The notes beneath the pieces were generated by a model. The model saw only the letters and a program-made list of their open reading frames with translations, made no database searches and was not told the DNA's origin. From Phoronis australis (taxonomy: Eukaryota > Animalia > Phoronida), in the NCBI GenBank assembly GCA_002633005.1, contig NMRA01000101.1:620001-684000 (forward strand): a stretch of DNA of 64,000 bases. The letters are read 5' to 3'. Positions within the stretch are counted from its first letter, which is position 1, and each line of letters starts with the position of its first letter. Shown here piece by piece: positions 48,880-61,899 of the stretch. The translations under genes and the position numbers were made by a program.

Positions 48880-50185
48880 AGGCGAAGGCAACCTTTTTTC
48901 ATGTCATTTTTAGCAAAAATAGGATTCGTTGATTATCCCAGACATATTTTTCACTTATTTACAGCTTTTCGTAATTTAATTAATTACTCGTCGTCTACTC
49001 CGAAAGTGACATTTTGAGAGGCAAGAATTTCGCGCCAATTTCTTTTCATACAGTCTGACTGTGAGAGCAGTCGAGTCAGTCATTGTTCTACCTCGGTGGT
49101 GATAAGTTCGGTCGTCGTTTGCTTTTGTTTACGAGTCAGTCAACATGCCACGCTGTTGCTGCCTACCGAGATGTACTCATTATCGTCTCACGTACAGAGG
49201 AAGAACTGTCCCACTTGCCCGAGTGTACCGCGACACACTCCCAGTGGATGGTGACTTGAGCACCTAAACTGCTTACAAAGTCCCGCCGTGCGACTCCCTC
49301 GTCACACACGTGGCACCTTCTAACTAGCTCCAATACAAGTCCACAATAAACTTAGGCTCAGCGATCTGTTCATTGGATGTCGAACTATACTTTTCACTGG
49401 GTGTCAAACTGGGCCTGTATTCACTCCCACTACTCAGCATCGCTGCAGGGCTGCTTACAGGCTCTGGACTAGAGACAACAGCACACGGGGAATCACTGTT
49501 AGTTCCTGGAATTGCACGCTATGGGGTACGTTCGGAGGCATAGGTGACAGTAGATGAAGTGCCCCCAGTCACTGTATATAGTGGAAATAGCCCGCGAGGC
49601 TTCTCGCTTCAAAAACGCACTTCTTGGGGGTGGCGACGGGGCACTGCCGGGAATCAGCAGCGACGGTATGGAACCCTTCTTCAGGCGTTGTTTCGCAGGC
49701 ACCTTTATCAATTCAGCGTACATATCTCTGTCGCAGTCTGATGGCTGAAAATGCTTGCCACTGCTTTGTACGTTGCGTGAGCGGGTAGCGCTGCGTTCTT
49801 CACACGAACGAGCTAGCCAAGTACGGCGAAATGTGTCATCCTTTGGAATGCGATGCAAGGTAACCAAAGCGCGTGTGAGACGATAATGAGTACATCCTGG
49901 TACGCAGCAACAGCGTGGCATGTTGACCGACTCGTAAACAAAAGCAAACGACGACCTAACTTATCACATCCGAGGTAGAATAATGACTGACTTGACAGCT
50001 CTCACAGTCTGACTATGAAAAGAAATTGGCGCGAAATTCTTGCCTCCCAAAACGTCACTTCCGGAGTAGAGGACGAGAAATTAATTAAATTACGAAAAGC
50101 TGTACATAAGTGAAAAATATGTCTGGGATAATCAACGTATCCTATTTTTGCTAAAAATGACATGAAAAAAAGGTTGCCTTCGCCT
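48880..50185. mobile_element. Foldback Kolobok derivative, TTAA TSD, ~310 bp inverted arms
   Basis: TTAA|AGGCGAAGGCAACC...GGTTGCCTTCGCCT|TTAA; arms 48880-49191 and 49874-50185. Confidence 0.9.
49192..49921 (-). pseudogene. Truncated THAP-Kolobok transposase
   Basis: MPRCCCVPGC..LHRIPKD...RRTW..KHFQPSD..RLKKGSIPSL, then EPKFIVD..RCHVC..GAQVTIHWEC..HSGKWDSS. Confidence 0.85.
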
Positions 50186-50469
50186 TTAAATCTTCTAAAT
50201 GGATCCCCGAACTTGTATTTATATGAGATACTAAACGCTTTTAGTCAACGGATATAACTGCAACCAGATTTAAAATATCGACCTTGAACTTAGCAACCAT
50301 CGATATCTTGAATACAAATGCAATGTTTATTCGATTTCTGGGTAGTAGTGTTATTTGTTCGATTTATTTATACTCATGAAAAAAAGTTGCGAGTCAGTTT
50401 GAAAAGTTGTTGCAAACTTGGCTAAATCGGGAGGCCTTACTCACATTTTGGTTAATGATCCGACGGTTG

Positions 50470-50610
50470 CATGAGCGGCGCACCATAGGGGGCTGGGGGT
50501 CTAGAGCCCCCCACATTTTTCAGTGCTCCAGCGCCCATGGTCTATGAATGGTGCCCCACAGGCGGACTGGGAGCTATAGCCCCACTTTTTTCAGTGCTGC
50601 GCCGCCCAAG
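50470..50610. mobile_element. Small hAT-like MITE; related 73 bp copy at 17649-17721
   Basis: CATGAGCGGCGCA...TGCGCCGCCCAAG; shares CCATAGGGGG and CCACTTTTTTCAGTG with the reverse complement of 17649-17721. Confidence 0.55.
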
Positions 50611-50919
50611 GGTTGTGGGAAAGACCCGATTTCGAACCACGGAATTCACTCAGGGGCATAGCATAGAGAGTGCGTTTTCTGCTTGAGTAATGCTTCCATC
50701 ACCCAGTGGTTGGACTGATCATGGAATTTGCCAAAGCCAGTTTTGAACTAAATCACTTTTTTTTTAATTACAACTACTCATTTTTTGAATTAGAGACTAT
50801 AGGCACCTTATGCCCAGGTCATATAACAATCCTAATTCTATTGATTTCTGCTAGAAGCCGCCAGCATGCTGTTTTCAGGATGCAGGAGCATAATTATTTG
50901 ATCCACCTTCATTGTGAAG

Positions 50920-51040
50920 TCGTATATCCTCATGCAATGCCATGTGGGATTTGCCCTCCACCATAATATTACAGACAAAAAGCCGCCAAGTTCACATGTT
51001 CTCGCACTTAGAGTCAAAAATATTTCGTCGCCTACAACCG
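50920..51040 (+). CDS. Putative internal exon of the host gene (acceptor ambiguous)
   Basis: SYILMQCHVGFALHHNITDKKPPSSHVLALRVKNISSPTT, donor CCG|GTACCA, phase 0-1. Confidence 0.4.
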
Positions 51041-51140
51041 GTACCACAGGCTACGAGTCAGACAACTTAAATCTGACCCCTCCACGTCTATTAAAGGAGG
51101 TGTTCTTGGCTTTAACCCATGTTTGCCTTTATCTTTCAAG

Positions 51141-51217
51141 CCAAATTTACATACAGTCCCGCTGGCTCTATTGAAGTGTTTCCAAAATTTGTCTACAGCA
51201 GAGGACCAGCTGTTAAG
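51141..51217 (+). CDS. Putative internal exon of the host gene
   Basis: CCTTTATCTTTCAAG| (A)KFTYSPAGSIEVFPKFVYSRGPAVK |GTAGGG, phase 1-0. Confidence 0.55.
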
Positions 51218-52122
51218 GTAGGGTGCATGCCAGGGATTACAGCTAAACTGTTACTGCAACATTGACATCAAATTACGGCTCTAGTTTCCGTTAGTCATAG
51301 TAAAGTTACTCAGAATTTATTTCTTCAGATTTTGCTATGTTTGTATTGATATACATGTCATATTCAACTTAGTTTTTCCAAGAATTTGCTAAAATCGGCG
51401 GTTGATGTTGCAGATTTAAGGATAAATTGACTTTGCTTGTGTCGTGTAAACGCAGGTTATATTCGTGTTGATCCAAATTTGTGCTGATAGCAGTTTTTGA
51501 CTTGCACTCCGAGTTTTGAATTTTGTGCCAAGCGTTAAAGAAGTTGAATGATGGCTAAAAACATGAAAGTTGAGCTATTCCTTTTACTCTCATAAAAGTG
51601 GATCTCATAATACTCGTTATGGTGATAAGGGTTATTTTTTCTTTATCGGCAAGTACATTAAACTATCAACGACTCGAGAAAGTGCTTCAGAGCTCATTTG
51701 GGCTGTCTAATCCTAATTTTGAGAATGCGAATATGGTATATGTAGTCACTGTCCAATTCGATATTCGTTTCTTAGCCATCTATCCAAAAGCATTCAGTTT
51801 TGTTTATGATACCATTTTGCTGTTTAGATCAATATCAAAGAAACGTAAAGTTGCCTAATTTACGTTTTTCGTAATGGAGGTTTTAATGTAGTCCACGCTG
51901 CTCGTGCACGGACAAGCATGTATTTTTACCAGAACGAAAATCATCAATAGCAACAGCAATAAGAATAGTTATTGTAAGGCACGCGTCTGGTCACTTAAGA
52001 AACGGTTGAAGATCAAGTTATCTTTGCTTTTGGCATTCTGTGTGTTGAATTCTTCCATCCAATATTTTCTTTTGTTGCCTCGTTTAACACATCAGTCAGT
52101 GATGTTATTAATTATGTGTCAG

Positions 52123-52267
52123 ATTCATGTGTTACTGGATCGGCAGTTCGGCGACCACATGCCAGAAGTCACTGTCAGTTGTATTGTTCAAGTGGTGAAG
52201 AGCCCTGTGGAAGCCGTGCGACTGCGAGCGCAACCCAAGTGTCTCCTGCCTGTAGTTGTGGACTACG
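52123..52267 (+). CDS. Putative internal exon of the host gene
   Basis: TGTCAG| IHVLLDRQFGDHMPEVTVSCIVQVVKSPVEAVRLRAQPKCLLPVVVDY G|GTAATG, phase 0-1, compatible with the 63806 exon. Confidence 0.55.
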
Positions 52268-52721
52268 GTAATGATGCGCAGACATCAGCTGAATTGTACA
52301 GAATTTGTTTATTTATTTCCCACTTACGGTTTGGTGTCATTTTTAAGCACCCGCAAAACATTTAAGGGTGGGAACAGTCGGTATCCTGTTCGTCCGTCGT
52401 TCGCTCACGGTTTGCTTCTGATAGTTTCCCGAAGATTATAGTTCAAACCTGATGACGGATCTCGATGAAATTTCATTGGCGGTTTTATGATAGAAAATAG
52501 TGGTTTAATGCTCATCGGATTGCACCGTGTTAATATAATTGCTCAGAGCCCTAAATTTACCAGGTCACTGAGAGTGAATTACTTGTTGAACACCTTTCTT
52601 TCACGTCTTTCAAAGCAGCCTGATGGTGTACTAGGTGCTTGTTTTATCAAAGATTGTCAGTGCTGTCAACAGCACCCCGCCCTGTTGCAAGCTCTCATAG
52701 CTCTGTCTCGAGTAGCATTTT

Positions 52722-53006
52722 CAGTGGCTGATCTAGGATACCATGAGGGGGGCGACATCCTCGGAAGTGCAGGGCAAAACGCGATTGTATGCACGCAAGG
52801 CTGGCGGCCCGGAAGTTGCGGGCGCCGAGGATGTATACGTTCTGCTCAGGAAATCTGTCGTTGGGCTAAAAAAAAAAACGGAACGTGTTTTCCCCCTGGT
52901 CCGCTACCGTGGTCCTAGCTCGAACTCGGTATTTCCTCCCGCTTCACGTTTTACTGGTTTATTTTGCTTGCGGCAGTCAAGGGGGGGGGGCGGNAATCCG
53001 CCTATG
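52722..53006. mobile_element. hAT-like MITE containing a 1-base gap
   Basis: Starts CAGTGGCTGATCTAGGATACCATGAGGGGG like the TIR of the 9226-10707 element; n at 52994. Confidence 0.45.
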
Positions 53007-53339
53007 AGTTTGTACTTTTTCAAATCGCCACCACTGTGGTCAAAGGTGATTTGAACCGTTGGAGAGAAATTTTCAATCACTCAGGGAATTTTTAGGCCTC
53101 GTGGGGCCTGGAATTGTGCGTGACTTTTCAATATTGTTGAGAGGGGAATAGGGCTGATATTTGGCCCCAAAATTGAGGGATTGAGGGCCCTGTCCTTTTT
53201 GTAAAGAAAAATGCATCGCGCTTCAACCCATAGTCATGAAAACACAGCCTGGCTAGCCGAAGATTCGCCGGTCCTCGTTGCTATGGCGGCATCCGAGATG
53301 CGACAAATTATGATTCGAAAACAGTTATAAATTTTACAT

Positions 53340-53542
53340 ATTTTCCTTCGTCGCGGCGTATAGCAAGGAGCCAGCGCTTCCGAATCCCAACGTCCTTAAG
53401 GATTGTAAAACAGACACTTGAGTGTCCGTATTTTTTCTAGCTGTTCGAGCAACGCGGAGTTAAAACTACGCGGATAAGCCACCAGAGCTATCGTAGCGGC
53501 CCTCGTTTTGGAACGCGCCTACTGTCTGCGTGAATAGGGTCT
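53340..53542 (-). mobile_element. Fragment of the ISL2EU family: THAP-side terminus
   Basis: CCTCGTTTTGGAACGCGCCT..TGTCTG..TGAAT..GGTCT|AT as at 39885-39927; - strand reads KDVGIRKRWLLAIRRDEGK. Confidence 0.75.
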
Positions 53543-56225
53543 ATACGCTTCGAATTTTTCCGCAGATTTTTTAAATACTTCACTAAGACTGTTCACAACC
53601 TGTATGTGTGTACTTGCGCATTAGGCTGCAAGCATAGTAAAACAAACAGTTTTAAATGTGACGATTTATTACTTAAAAATAGATAACAAAGATGAAAACG
53701 ATGACAATTTTTTATTGAACCTGTAACATCTCCTGAAAATAGTTAAATAACACCAATATTTGATATTGTAGTTACCGAGGAATCGGCGCCTGAGTTGCAG
53801 ACAATGAAATATTTAGCAAATGAAAACTGAGACAGAACTGTCACATAATTAGCAGTCCTGTTCCAGATGTTACGATTAAGACCTGATTGTTTGTTGAGCG
53901 TTATTTACAATGCTATAATTGTATTACTTTAAACTATTTGCCGAAAGTTTGGTGATCGAACCGTCCAACGACGTCGAGTCGACATTGACCTACCTTTTGA
54001 ACTTTCCATTTCAAAGGTCACTGTTGAAGTAGTGCAGGAGGTGAATACGGAAAATTTTATTACATGGTCGTATTTCCCTCTACGGATTCAACGCGTATGG
54101 GATGAAAAATAGTAAAATTAGTAAAAATAAAATGAGCGTCGTTTTATTCTTACTAATTTTACTATTTTATATTGTCTCTTGAGGTGGTCACACATCAGTT
54201 TATTGCTTTAGCCAGCCTCCCCTTTTGTAGTCTCGTTAATTCAGTTATCGCCAACTGTTACGTAGAGTTAAGAGTATGGCCTCTGAGCGTATTCATAGAG
54301 AAGGTAGACTTGGATGATGTGCTCAGCCAATAATACCAACAGCCATTTTTCATGATAACTTCTGCTTTTATTACGTCTCAGTGGAGAGCTCGACAAACTT
54401 TAACAACTAGGTACATATACCGAGGATTTCCTAAAGAACGCTCACCAACATAAAGCTCCCACAGGGACTTGCTCGGAAACAAGCATCGAAAATGTTTCCA
54501 TGGGCGCAGGACAAAAGTATCGAAAATGCGGCAGAATGTTGTTACTTTTTTCAATTGTTATCGTGAGAAGGACCACTAAAGTATAATTATCTAGTTTAGT
54601 TTGTCGGTGACTTGTCCAAAGAGCTTTGCCCTATTGCTGTTATAGTAGTCAAGTTGCCAATAAAGTGTAACCTGACGTTTCTTCGACTCGTCATAACAGC
54701 AATGGGAAAATTAGCCATTAAAGGTATCGTCGCATGGTAGAAGACCGATAAAGAAGATACCTGTCATGAGATTTTTTCCGACGACGAGCTGTTGTCCATG
54801 TCAAATTCCCTTTCATTGGATTTTAACTATGCTATCAAACCTTCCCAAAGCTTTTAATATTTTGTTGTCTCTTATGTTTTCAAAGGGACTTCAGATTTAA
54901 GTTTGCTCCAGTTTTCTTGGAAGTGTCATTTTTTAGTTTAACAAACTCTTTCAGCAGTGTCGGACTTCAAAGGTCATCTGTTGAAAAGGTCTTCTTTTGT
55001 GTTTTTACTTACAATAAGTACTGTGTCCGAAAAGATTTGGGCTTACTGATTTAATTAACGTTCAGACCCAATTTCTTCACGAATGATCCCAACCAAAGCA
55101 AATAAGTGATAACGACACAAATGTCCACTGAAGAACCCAGGAATTGTTAATAACTAGTAGAAATTGACGAATTTACGAGACGCAAGTCATTTTACCGAAA
55201 GGCATTGCATTCTGCGGTCTCTATTTCAAAAAATAGCAAAAGCCAAGTATTATTTCAGATCCACAACAAAGGCTAAGCTCTGACGCTTTTCGGTGTGTCG
55301 CATTGGTACCAAAGTAGCCTCTATTTAAGAAGAAAATGACACTTAAACTCACCGGGTACTTCACTGTCGTCTGCCATTTTTGGTGTAAGGTCTTGTTCTC
55401 GATCTCCTTCCGGGCGTTCTCGATCGCGGGTTGGCCGGGGTGGGATCGTGGTCTACAAATTCCGCGCACAGTGATTTTTTCAGGACTGTTGGATCTTATT
55501 GATAAATTGAAGACGTTAGTGTAGAATTTTAGAACTGTAGGTAAGGCATTTTTCACATGTACAGGGTGTTCATGGAGTGGGCGCTTATTTTAGCAAAGTC
55601 TGAAAACGCGTGGGGGGTGCTCACAGGGGTATGGGCGCTTATTAGGGCAAATACGCAGTACTATTTTGATTTTGAAGCGTTAATTAGTGATGTTGGTTGT
55701 GTTTTTTTTCCAAATTTCTGAAGTATTTCATGATTTTTTTACATTCAGACTCGCCTGCTATAAACCCTTTGTTGAATAGTTGGTACATCACGCCTAGTTG
55801 TAAACTCACATTTAAGGTAAGCAACGGTTGTAAGTTTAGCCTTCTTCAGGTGCTAGCCAATTCAAAGCATTGATTCCTGAAATTATAGAGTAATGATTAC
55901 GTGCAGCAGTTACCAATGACATTGTTCATGTAGTTGGGAATAGACCGTTGGATGCTGTGCCACATGGCATTGATGATATTTGATATAATTTCGAGGACTA
56001 CCTCCAGTTGGTTAGGAGTTGTGTTTTATCAAAAATATAGACGGAGTCCTCGTACTATAACCTTTGGTGATTGTTTACATTATGACAACATGGCACATGA
56101 TTTTGGTATCTTTTGATTGCTGCAATCGTTGTAATTCCAAAAATACACAATAATGTCTCTTACCCCGTTCTCTTCGTATATGATCATGAAATTTCTGCTC
56201 GCACTATTTCCCGGTCAGTGCTAAT

Positions 56226-59200
56226 GGGGCTATTCGGAAAATCTATAATAACTAGAGGGCGTGCGTGTACTAGTGGTGATAGATCAACAGCCTCGATTTC
56301 GCGAGCCCTTTAAATACATGGTGAAATGGCTTGCAGCCGTGCCAACTGAATCTGAGATTGCGTAAAAAGGGTGCTTCTATGAGAGGAAGTAAGCACGACC
56401 TCATACAAAGGTAAGGTTTGTGATTATTTTAACGATTATTCCATGATTATTCTACCGATGCCTGTTAACTGAGGCACTCGCCGATGTCGACTTCGCGGCA
56501 GTCAGTCACCAGCCAGAGTCTGGTTAATCTTTGTATGTTGTGATATGTGATACGATACTTGACGTAGCAATCGGGATCTTTTCGTACATCAAAGCATTAT
56601 TATTGTTTGGAATGATTTCTAAAAGTTTATCAGTGACAGTTACATCAATCAATGCTGAATGTTTATGCTGTCAACTCGATACAGGTTAATGAGTTAAGAT
56701 TACAATCCAATCCCAATGGCAAAGGGTACGTGAGTGATAAATATCCATTGCATTAGACTATTTGTTTACTCCCTATCATATGTCTTCTGGAAATCTATTA
56801 CACGTTGAAATGGAAATCTATCACGTCAGTTTTCACGTAACCTTTGGTTTTTAGGTTTGAAGGCTTGTACCGTGCAGAGGAGATATGCATCGCTTCTGCA
56901 CCGTCCCTGAATGGACAAAAATTGGTTTTTAGCATTTGACTGCAGCTAACCAACAAGATCTTCCCATCCAGTGCAGATCTGTTGTCAAAGCCTACTTTCA
57001 ATATTGGAGACAACGAACAAAGCCTTTGAAAAGGAACAGCTATTTTTAAAGTCATTTTGTTAAATTACTTATTCAGGTCCCGAGGGGGGATTGGCATGGG
57101 GGGTTGTAATATTTGGTACAACTGAATGTGTGGAAATAACAGGTAATACATGTTTGGGGAAAAGAGCATGGTGAGGTAATTCTTAACCTTCACGAAGTCC
57201 CTTCAAGTTGATTTCATGAAACTGTTTTGCTACTTGTATCAATTGTAAAACCACGAAAATATATTACATTTTCCGAATTCACAGTGACTGAATAGTCTTA
57301 ACTCATGCCTTGAAATGTTGCAAGTCGTTATAAATTCAAATGACTGCCATTTTTGTGAAAATTGCATTTTTGATGGTGCCTTACGATTTGTAATTACTCT
57401 TAAACAACAGAAAGATTATCCATCATTTTTAAATGACCCAAGTCTTCATATCTTCTATTAGAAGAAAAACGGTTCCCTCAACCTTAGGCTAGAAGTATGC
57501 TTGACAGACCCATGAACCTGTAATCTGAGTTTAAAATTGCTGAAAGTATCAAAATTAAAAAGGCTTGAAAATGGGTAACAAAGGTTTGAAGTTGTCTCAA
57601 AAAACTTGTATATTTTACAGACAAGTGATGCGTTTAAAGAATTGTTATGGCTAGGGATAAAAAATAAAGACACAGTTTTATGCAATACTCATTATATACA
57701 CCCTTGGTTTCTGAAAATAGTAATTATTTACTTTTATGTGAAACTGTAGACCAATCACCATATATTTTTGAAAAACAGGGATAACATTTTTGATCCAATC
57801 TGGAGTACTTAATTATTCATATTTCAATATTTGTTCCAGGTTCAGTGACATTTTAAGGCCACTTCAAGCTGTATCATAGACAAGCTTTGTTACTCCGTTC
57901 TCTTCCCACAGCACTTCCACACACCAGCAGTGCTGCTTGGCACAATGTGCAAGTCAGTGGCCCTGGAGAAATGTGAATCGCAGTACTAAGTTACCATAAG
58001 ACAATGTGCCAGTGGAGTGTCTGTGTATCCAGACGAACTATATCTGACTGCTACACAAATAAGCCTTGTTGGTGAGGATGCCCTTTCATAGGCAATGAGT
58101 CATGTGTGGACAATAGCTTATTTCCTTTCCTGGAAGAAACATGAGGGACTGAAGCTAAAGAAGACCTAGTCACACTCTGGTCTAGTTCAGAGTCTGATTT
58201 TGGGCTCAAAACGATTCAAGTGATATGCTGCTGTGTTTACCTTCAAGGGTCTAATTGTGGATGTTATTGAGGCTGAATGAGGTTACATGAAAGAAAGCCA
58301 CGTGTTGAAACTGGACCTTTTTTACAAGCGCTTCTATAGGCCATTGAAACTAGAACCCAGTGAAATGAAAGCCAAAAGCTGAGTGACATTAAATTTTCCT
58401 TTCAGAAGAAAGGCTTTATACTATTGGTAAAAACTTTTCAATTTGGTACAGATTATGGGGAAATGACATTCAGTGACTGCATCGATTGTCTTATTGTATG
58501 TTTTCAATTGTAGCTAGCTGCTATGCACAAGATTCGAGAATAAACAATTATCAGTGTATTTAAAAACAAATGGCAAACTGAAAAAGCACAGAAAGAAACA
58601 TTGCGAGGGAGTCCATAATCAGGCATATCAGGTGCTGAATTACTGAATTACGTTCAATTCTCTCAGGTTATTGCTGAAGGATTGCTTTTCACTTTGTCCA
58701 ACGGTGAAATAGATGGTCAGGCGGTTGGTTTCAGTTGTTTTTTCTTGCCTGTAACAGAATAGAAATATTAGCAAATTGTAAAAGAAAAGGCAAGACAAAA
58801 CTACTTTTGTAAGGCAGAACATACTTGACATTTCATCTTCATGTTTATGTGTAGAAACTAATAACCTTTGTACCCAAGTCTTATTTAATAACTGCATAAA
58901 AATATGTGAAACAGGCTAAAAGTGATTTAACAATGTGTATTTTTCATGACACTTAAAATGTGCTTCTGATCTCAACAAGTAAAATTCATTCTAGGTGTCA
59001 ATTTTTTTCCAATGCAATGTTACGACATTTACTGAATTAAGGCTTATTCATGTTAATTCGATAACTGAGCTGGTGGTCCTGGGGGTGGGGTCCACGATAA
59101 AATAAGGAAACTCACTCATCTAGAGAATTTTATTGGAAACAGCATAGTTTTGAAGAGAAAATGCTGTGAAAAAGTCACTCTTGACTTCTGTGCATCACGT

Positions 59201-59727
59201 ACCATACACCTCTTATTTTGGGAGCACTCGCACCCAGTACAATATGAGTATGTGCTGCTAGCCTACCCGGCATCGGGTGAGTTTCCAAAAAGAAACACTT
59301 AGTTCCACTCAATAAAACTGTTATTCAGTGGGGTAACTGATGGGGATAACATCACCGAACGATGTTGATAGAAACTGATTGCTAAAAACTTACCAAGTAA
59401 TGTTGTGTAGTCTCCACATGGAACTGGATAGTCATAGACATAGAGCACATACGGGGCTTCAGCATCCACACACTTTTTGTCGGTTAGTTGACCCTGTTGA
59501 CCGCAATTGTCCACGAATATAGTAACCTTGGGTCTTTTGGGAATTTGTGGCCACCTGTCGAAGACTTGCACCAGGGAAATTAGCAGTAATAAGGCTTAGC
59601 GCGACGACGTATTTTGATAAAAATTCCATCTTTTACCAGTTGTTTACATGCAGACAGCCACGCATGCGCAATTCAATCACCACTAGTACAGCAGCGACAC
59701 CGCGAGGAGAATTCTCCGAATAGCCCC
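56226..59727. mobile_element. 3.5 kb non-autonomous ISL2EU-type element, AT TSD, with a decayed spliced cargo gene on -
   Basis: AT|GGGGCTATTCGGA..TGTACTAGTGGTGAT and ATCACCACTAGTACA..TCCGAATAGCCCC|AT; no transposase motifs seen. Confidence 0.8.
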
Positions 59728-60419
59728 ATTTCGCTATGTTGAATGGAAGGAGTCATCTGGCGGCCAAAAACTGAACTATTTTACTGACAACCACGTACTA
59801 CTGATCGTCGCTCTGCATAAGTTCAAACTGACCGACATCCGTCTACGCCGGGCCCGAGCTACGGTACCAAGGGTTTGAGTTACTATTGTCACCCTGGTAC
59901 GTACGCTTCCGCTAACAAGAATCCTCGGAAAGGGGTTGTTTTCGAGGCCCAAATTCGTGAAAAGGATGTTTCGTGGAAAAGGGATCAAATGACCACAATT
60001 AATAAAATTTATGGAAAAGGGTGAAATGATCCCCTTGTTGTTTGATATTATCTCGGGAAATCATTAGGGGGAAGTCTCGCGGGAAAACACCATAATTCAG
60101 AATCGATGATTCTGTTTCATTTCTTAGCAACAGGTGTCGCTATAATCTTGAGTTGAGTGAACGTGGCGGTGTCAAACGGGAAACAGAAATATGACTATAA
60201 AATAGTGAGGAAACGCGGTGGGGGACACATCCATATGTTTACAGCATGGGAACAATAAGAGGAATCCAAGGAATTCAAAATCATGAATGTAGGTCATTTG
60301 CCATCATATTGTAAACAATTTTTAGCGAAGGTAAACTCAAGCTTTCGCTGAACAGTATGCCAGAGGCAGATAATACTGACTTGGTTAGTAGTTTATGTGA
60401 AACAATGTAAAAGTAAATT

Positions 60420-60915
60420 CAGCAGTATGGTATTGATCATGATACTGCTGATACCATACCGCATGTTCTGTACGTCTTCATATCAACGTAAACTGTATAG
60501 GTAATAGTAAAGTGTCGATCCTGATGCTAGTTATTGTAAATTAATACGTGCAAATACCCTGTAGACAACATTTCAGAACAGATGGTCAAGAAAACAACAG
60601 TGTTGATCCCGATGCCGTTGATACCTCATACCATATGGATTTCTTATGTAAAATTTCAGACCTAATAAGACAACAGTATGGTGTTGATTTTTCTGATGCT
60701 ATTTGCATTAGATTGATGAATACAAACCTTCCGTGTGTAACCAATACAGAGTAGATAGCCAAGGTAAAAGTATGGTGTTGATCCTGACGCCGTTAATTCT
60801 GGATTGATAAGTGGACTGCTCACATTCGGTACCTAACATTTCAGAAGGGGAAGCCATGGCATCAACAGGTCGCTATTGAACCGTATGACATTAAACCTGA
60901 CGATATTGACACCAT
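60420..60915 (+). repeat. Degenerate ~85-95 bp tandem repeat, possibly coding (YGVDPDAV)
   Basis: AGTATGGTGTTGATCCTGAYGC-like units at about 60424, 60510, 60597, 60674 and 60769. Confidence 0.55.
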
Positions 60916-61899
60916 ATTAGTGACTACATGTTGTACTCCAGCTGAGATGAACAACAATAATTCGAGGTACATGAATCTGATGGACTCAGTAGTAACAGTG
61001 GTCAGGACATCAAAAACTGTTAAACCCCGCTTCACAGTATTCAAAGGTATTTAAATATTTTCGCTTTTAAGTGGCTTCCAAAACAAACTTTTGATTCAGG
61101 CGAGTTACTGTTATATTGAATTGGAATCAAAGTAGTTAAGATAAGAATGATGTGACTATAGGTGGACATGTCATGGCGTGTCGAGATTTCTCGCGGACCA
61201 TGGTCTCGAGCTATAACGAACTGTCAGTTGTGCAAGACCATAAATCACATCTCACCTGGATAACAAATTCAAAACAATCTTACAGCGGTAAGTTGTCTAA
61301 ATCAAAAGTTGTTTTTCGTAGATAGATAACTGTTTATTTCATCTTTAGAAATTGAACAAAAAGTAAATACAATTACGGCCCGCAAATCGATAACATTATC
61401 TGCAGGCAGATTATGCCCGATATTAAAATAATGATAAACAGCTTGTTGGTGGCGGTTGGTTGGTCACATGGGTTAGTGATGCGCATAATGTAGCTGCTGG
61501 CTTGATTTTATATTTAGCTCTCAGCTTCTGCCGCTCGTTAACTTATAGGTGAAAAGGAAGCTGATTGTATTTCCTACCAGTACGAAGCCTTCACTACTTC
61601 AAGACTCTTTTAGTGCCTTCTCGCGGCAACATGCGTCAAGTGGGTTCATTGCTACCTCAACATGAAGTATGAGGGATGTCGGAGCAGGTTGGAGCCTCAG
61701 AGGTGCAGTGTGTATGGCCCACTGGCGTGTGGACACGCCCTGGCAGTCACTAATCCAACCACCAGTTATAGATTAAATAGCTGACAGAGAAAATCACCCC
61801 CGAGGACGGATGAAGTATTAACATATAGGTTTTCTACCCAACGGCCGGAGAACGGATGAGATCTCGCCTTCCCAATGGTCAGTGGTGCTCGATAGGAAA

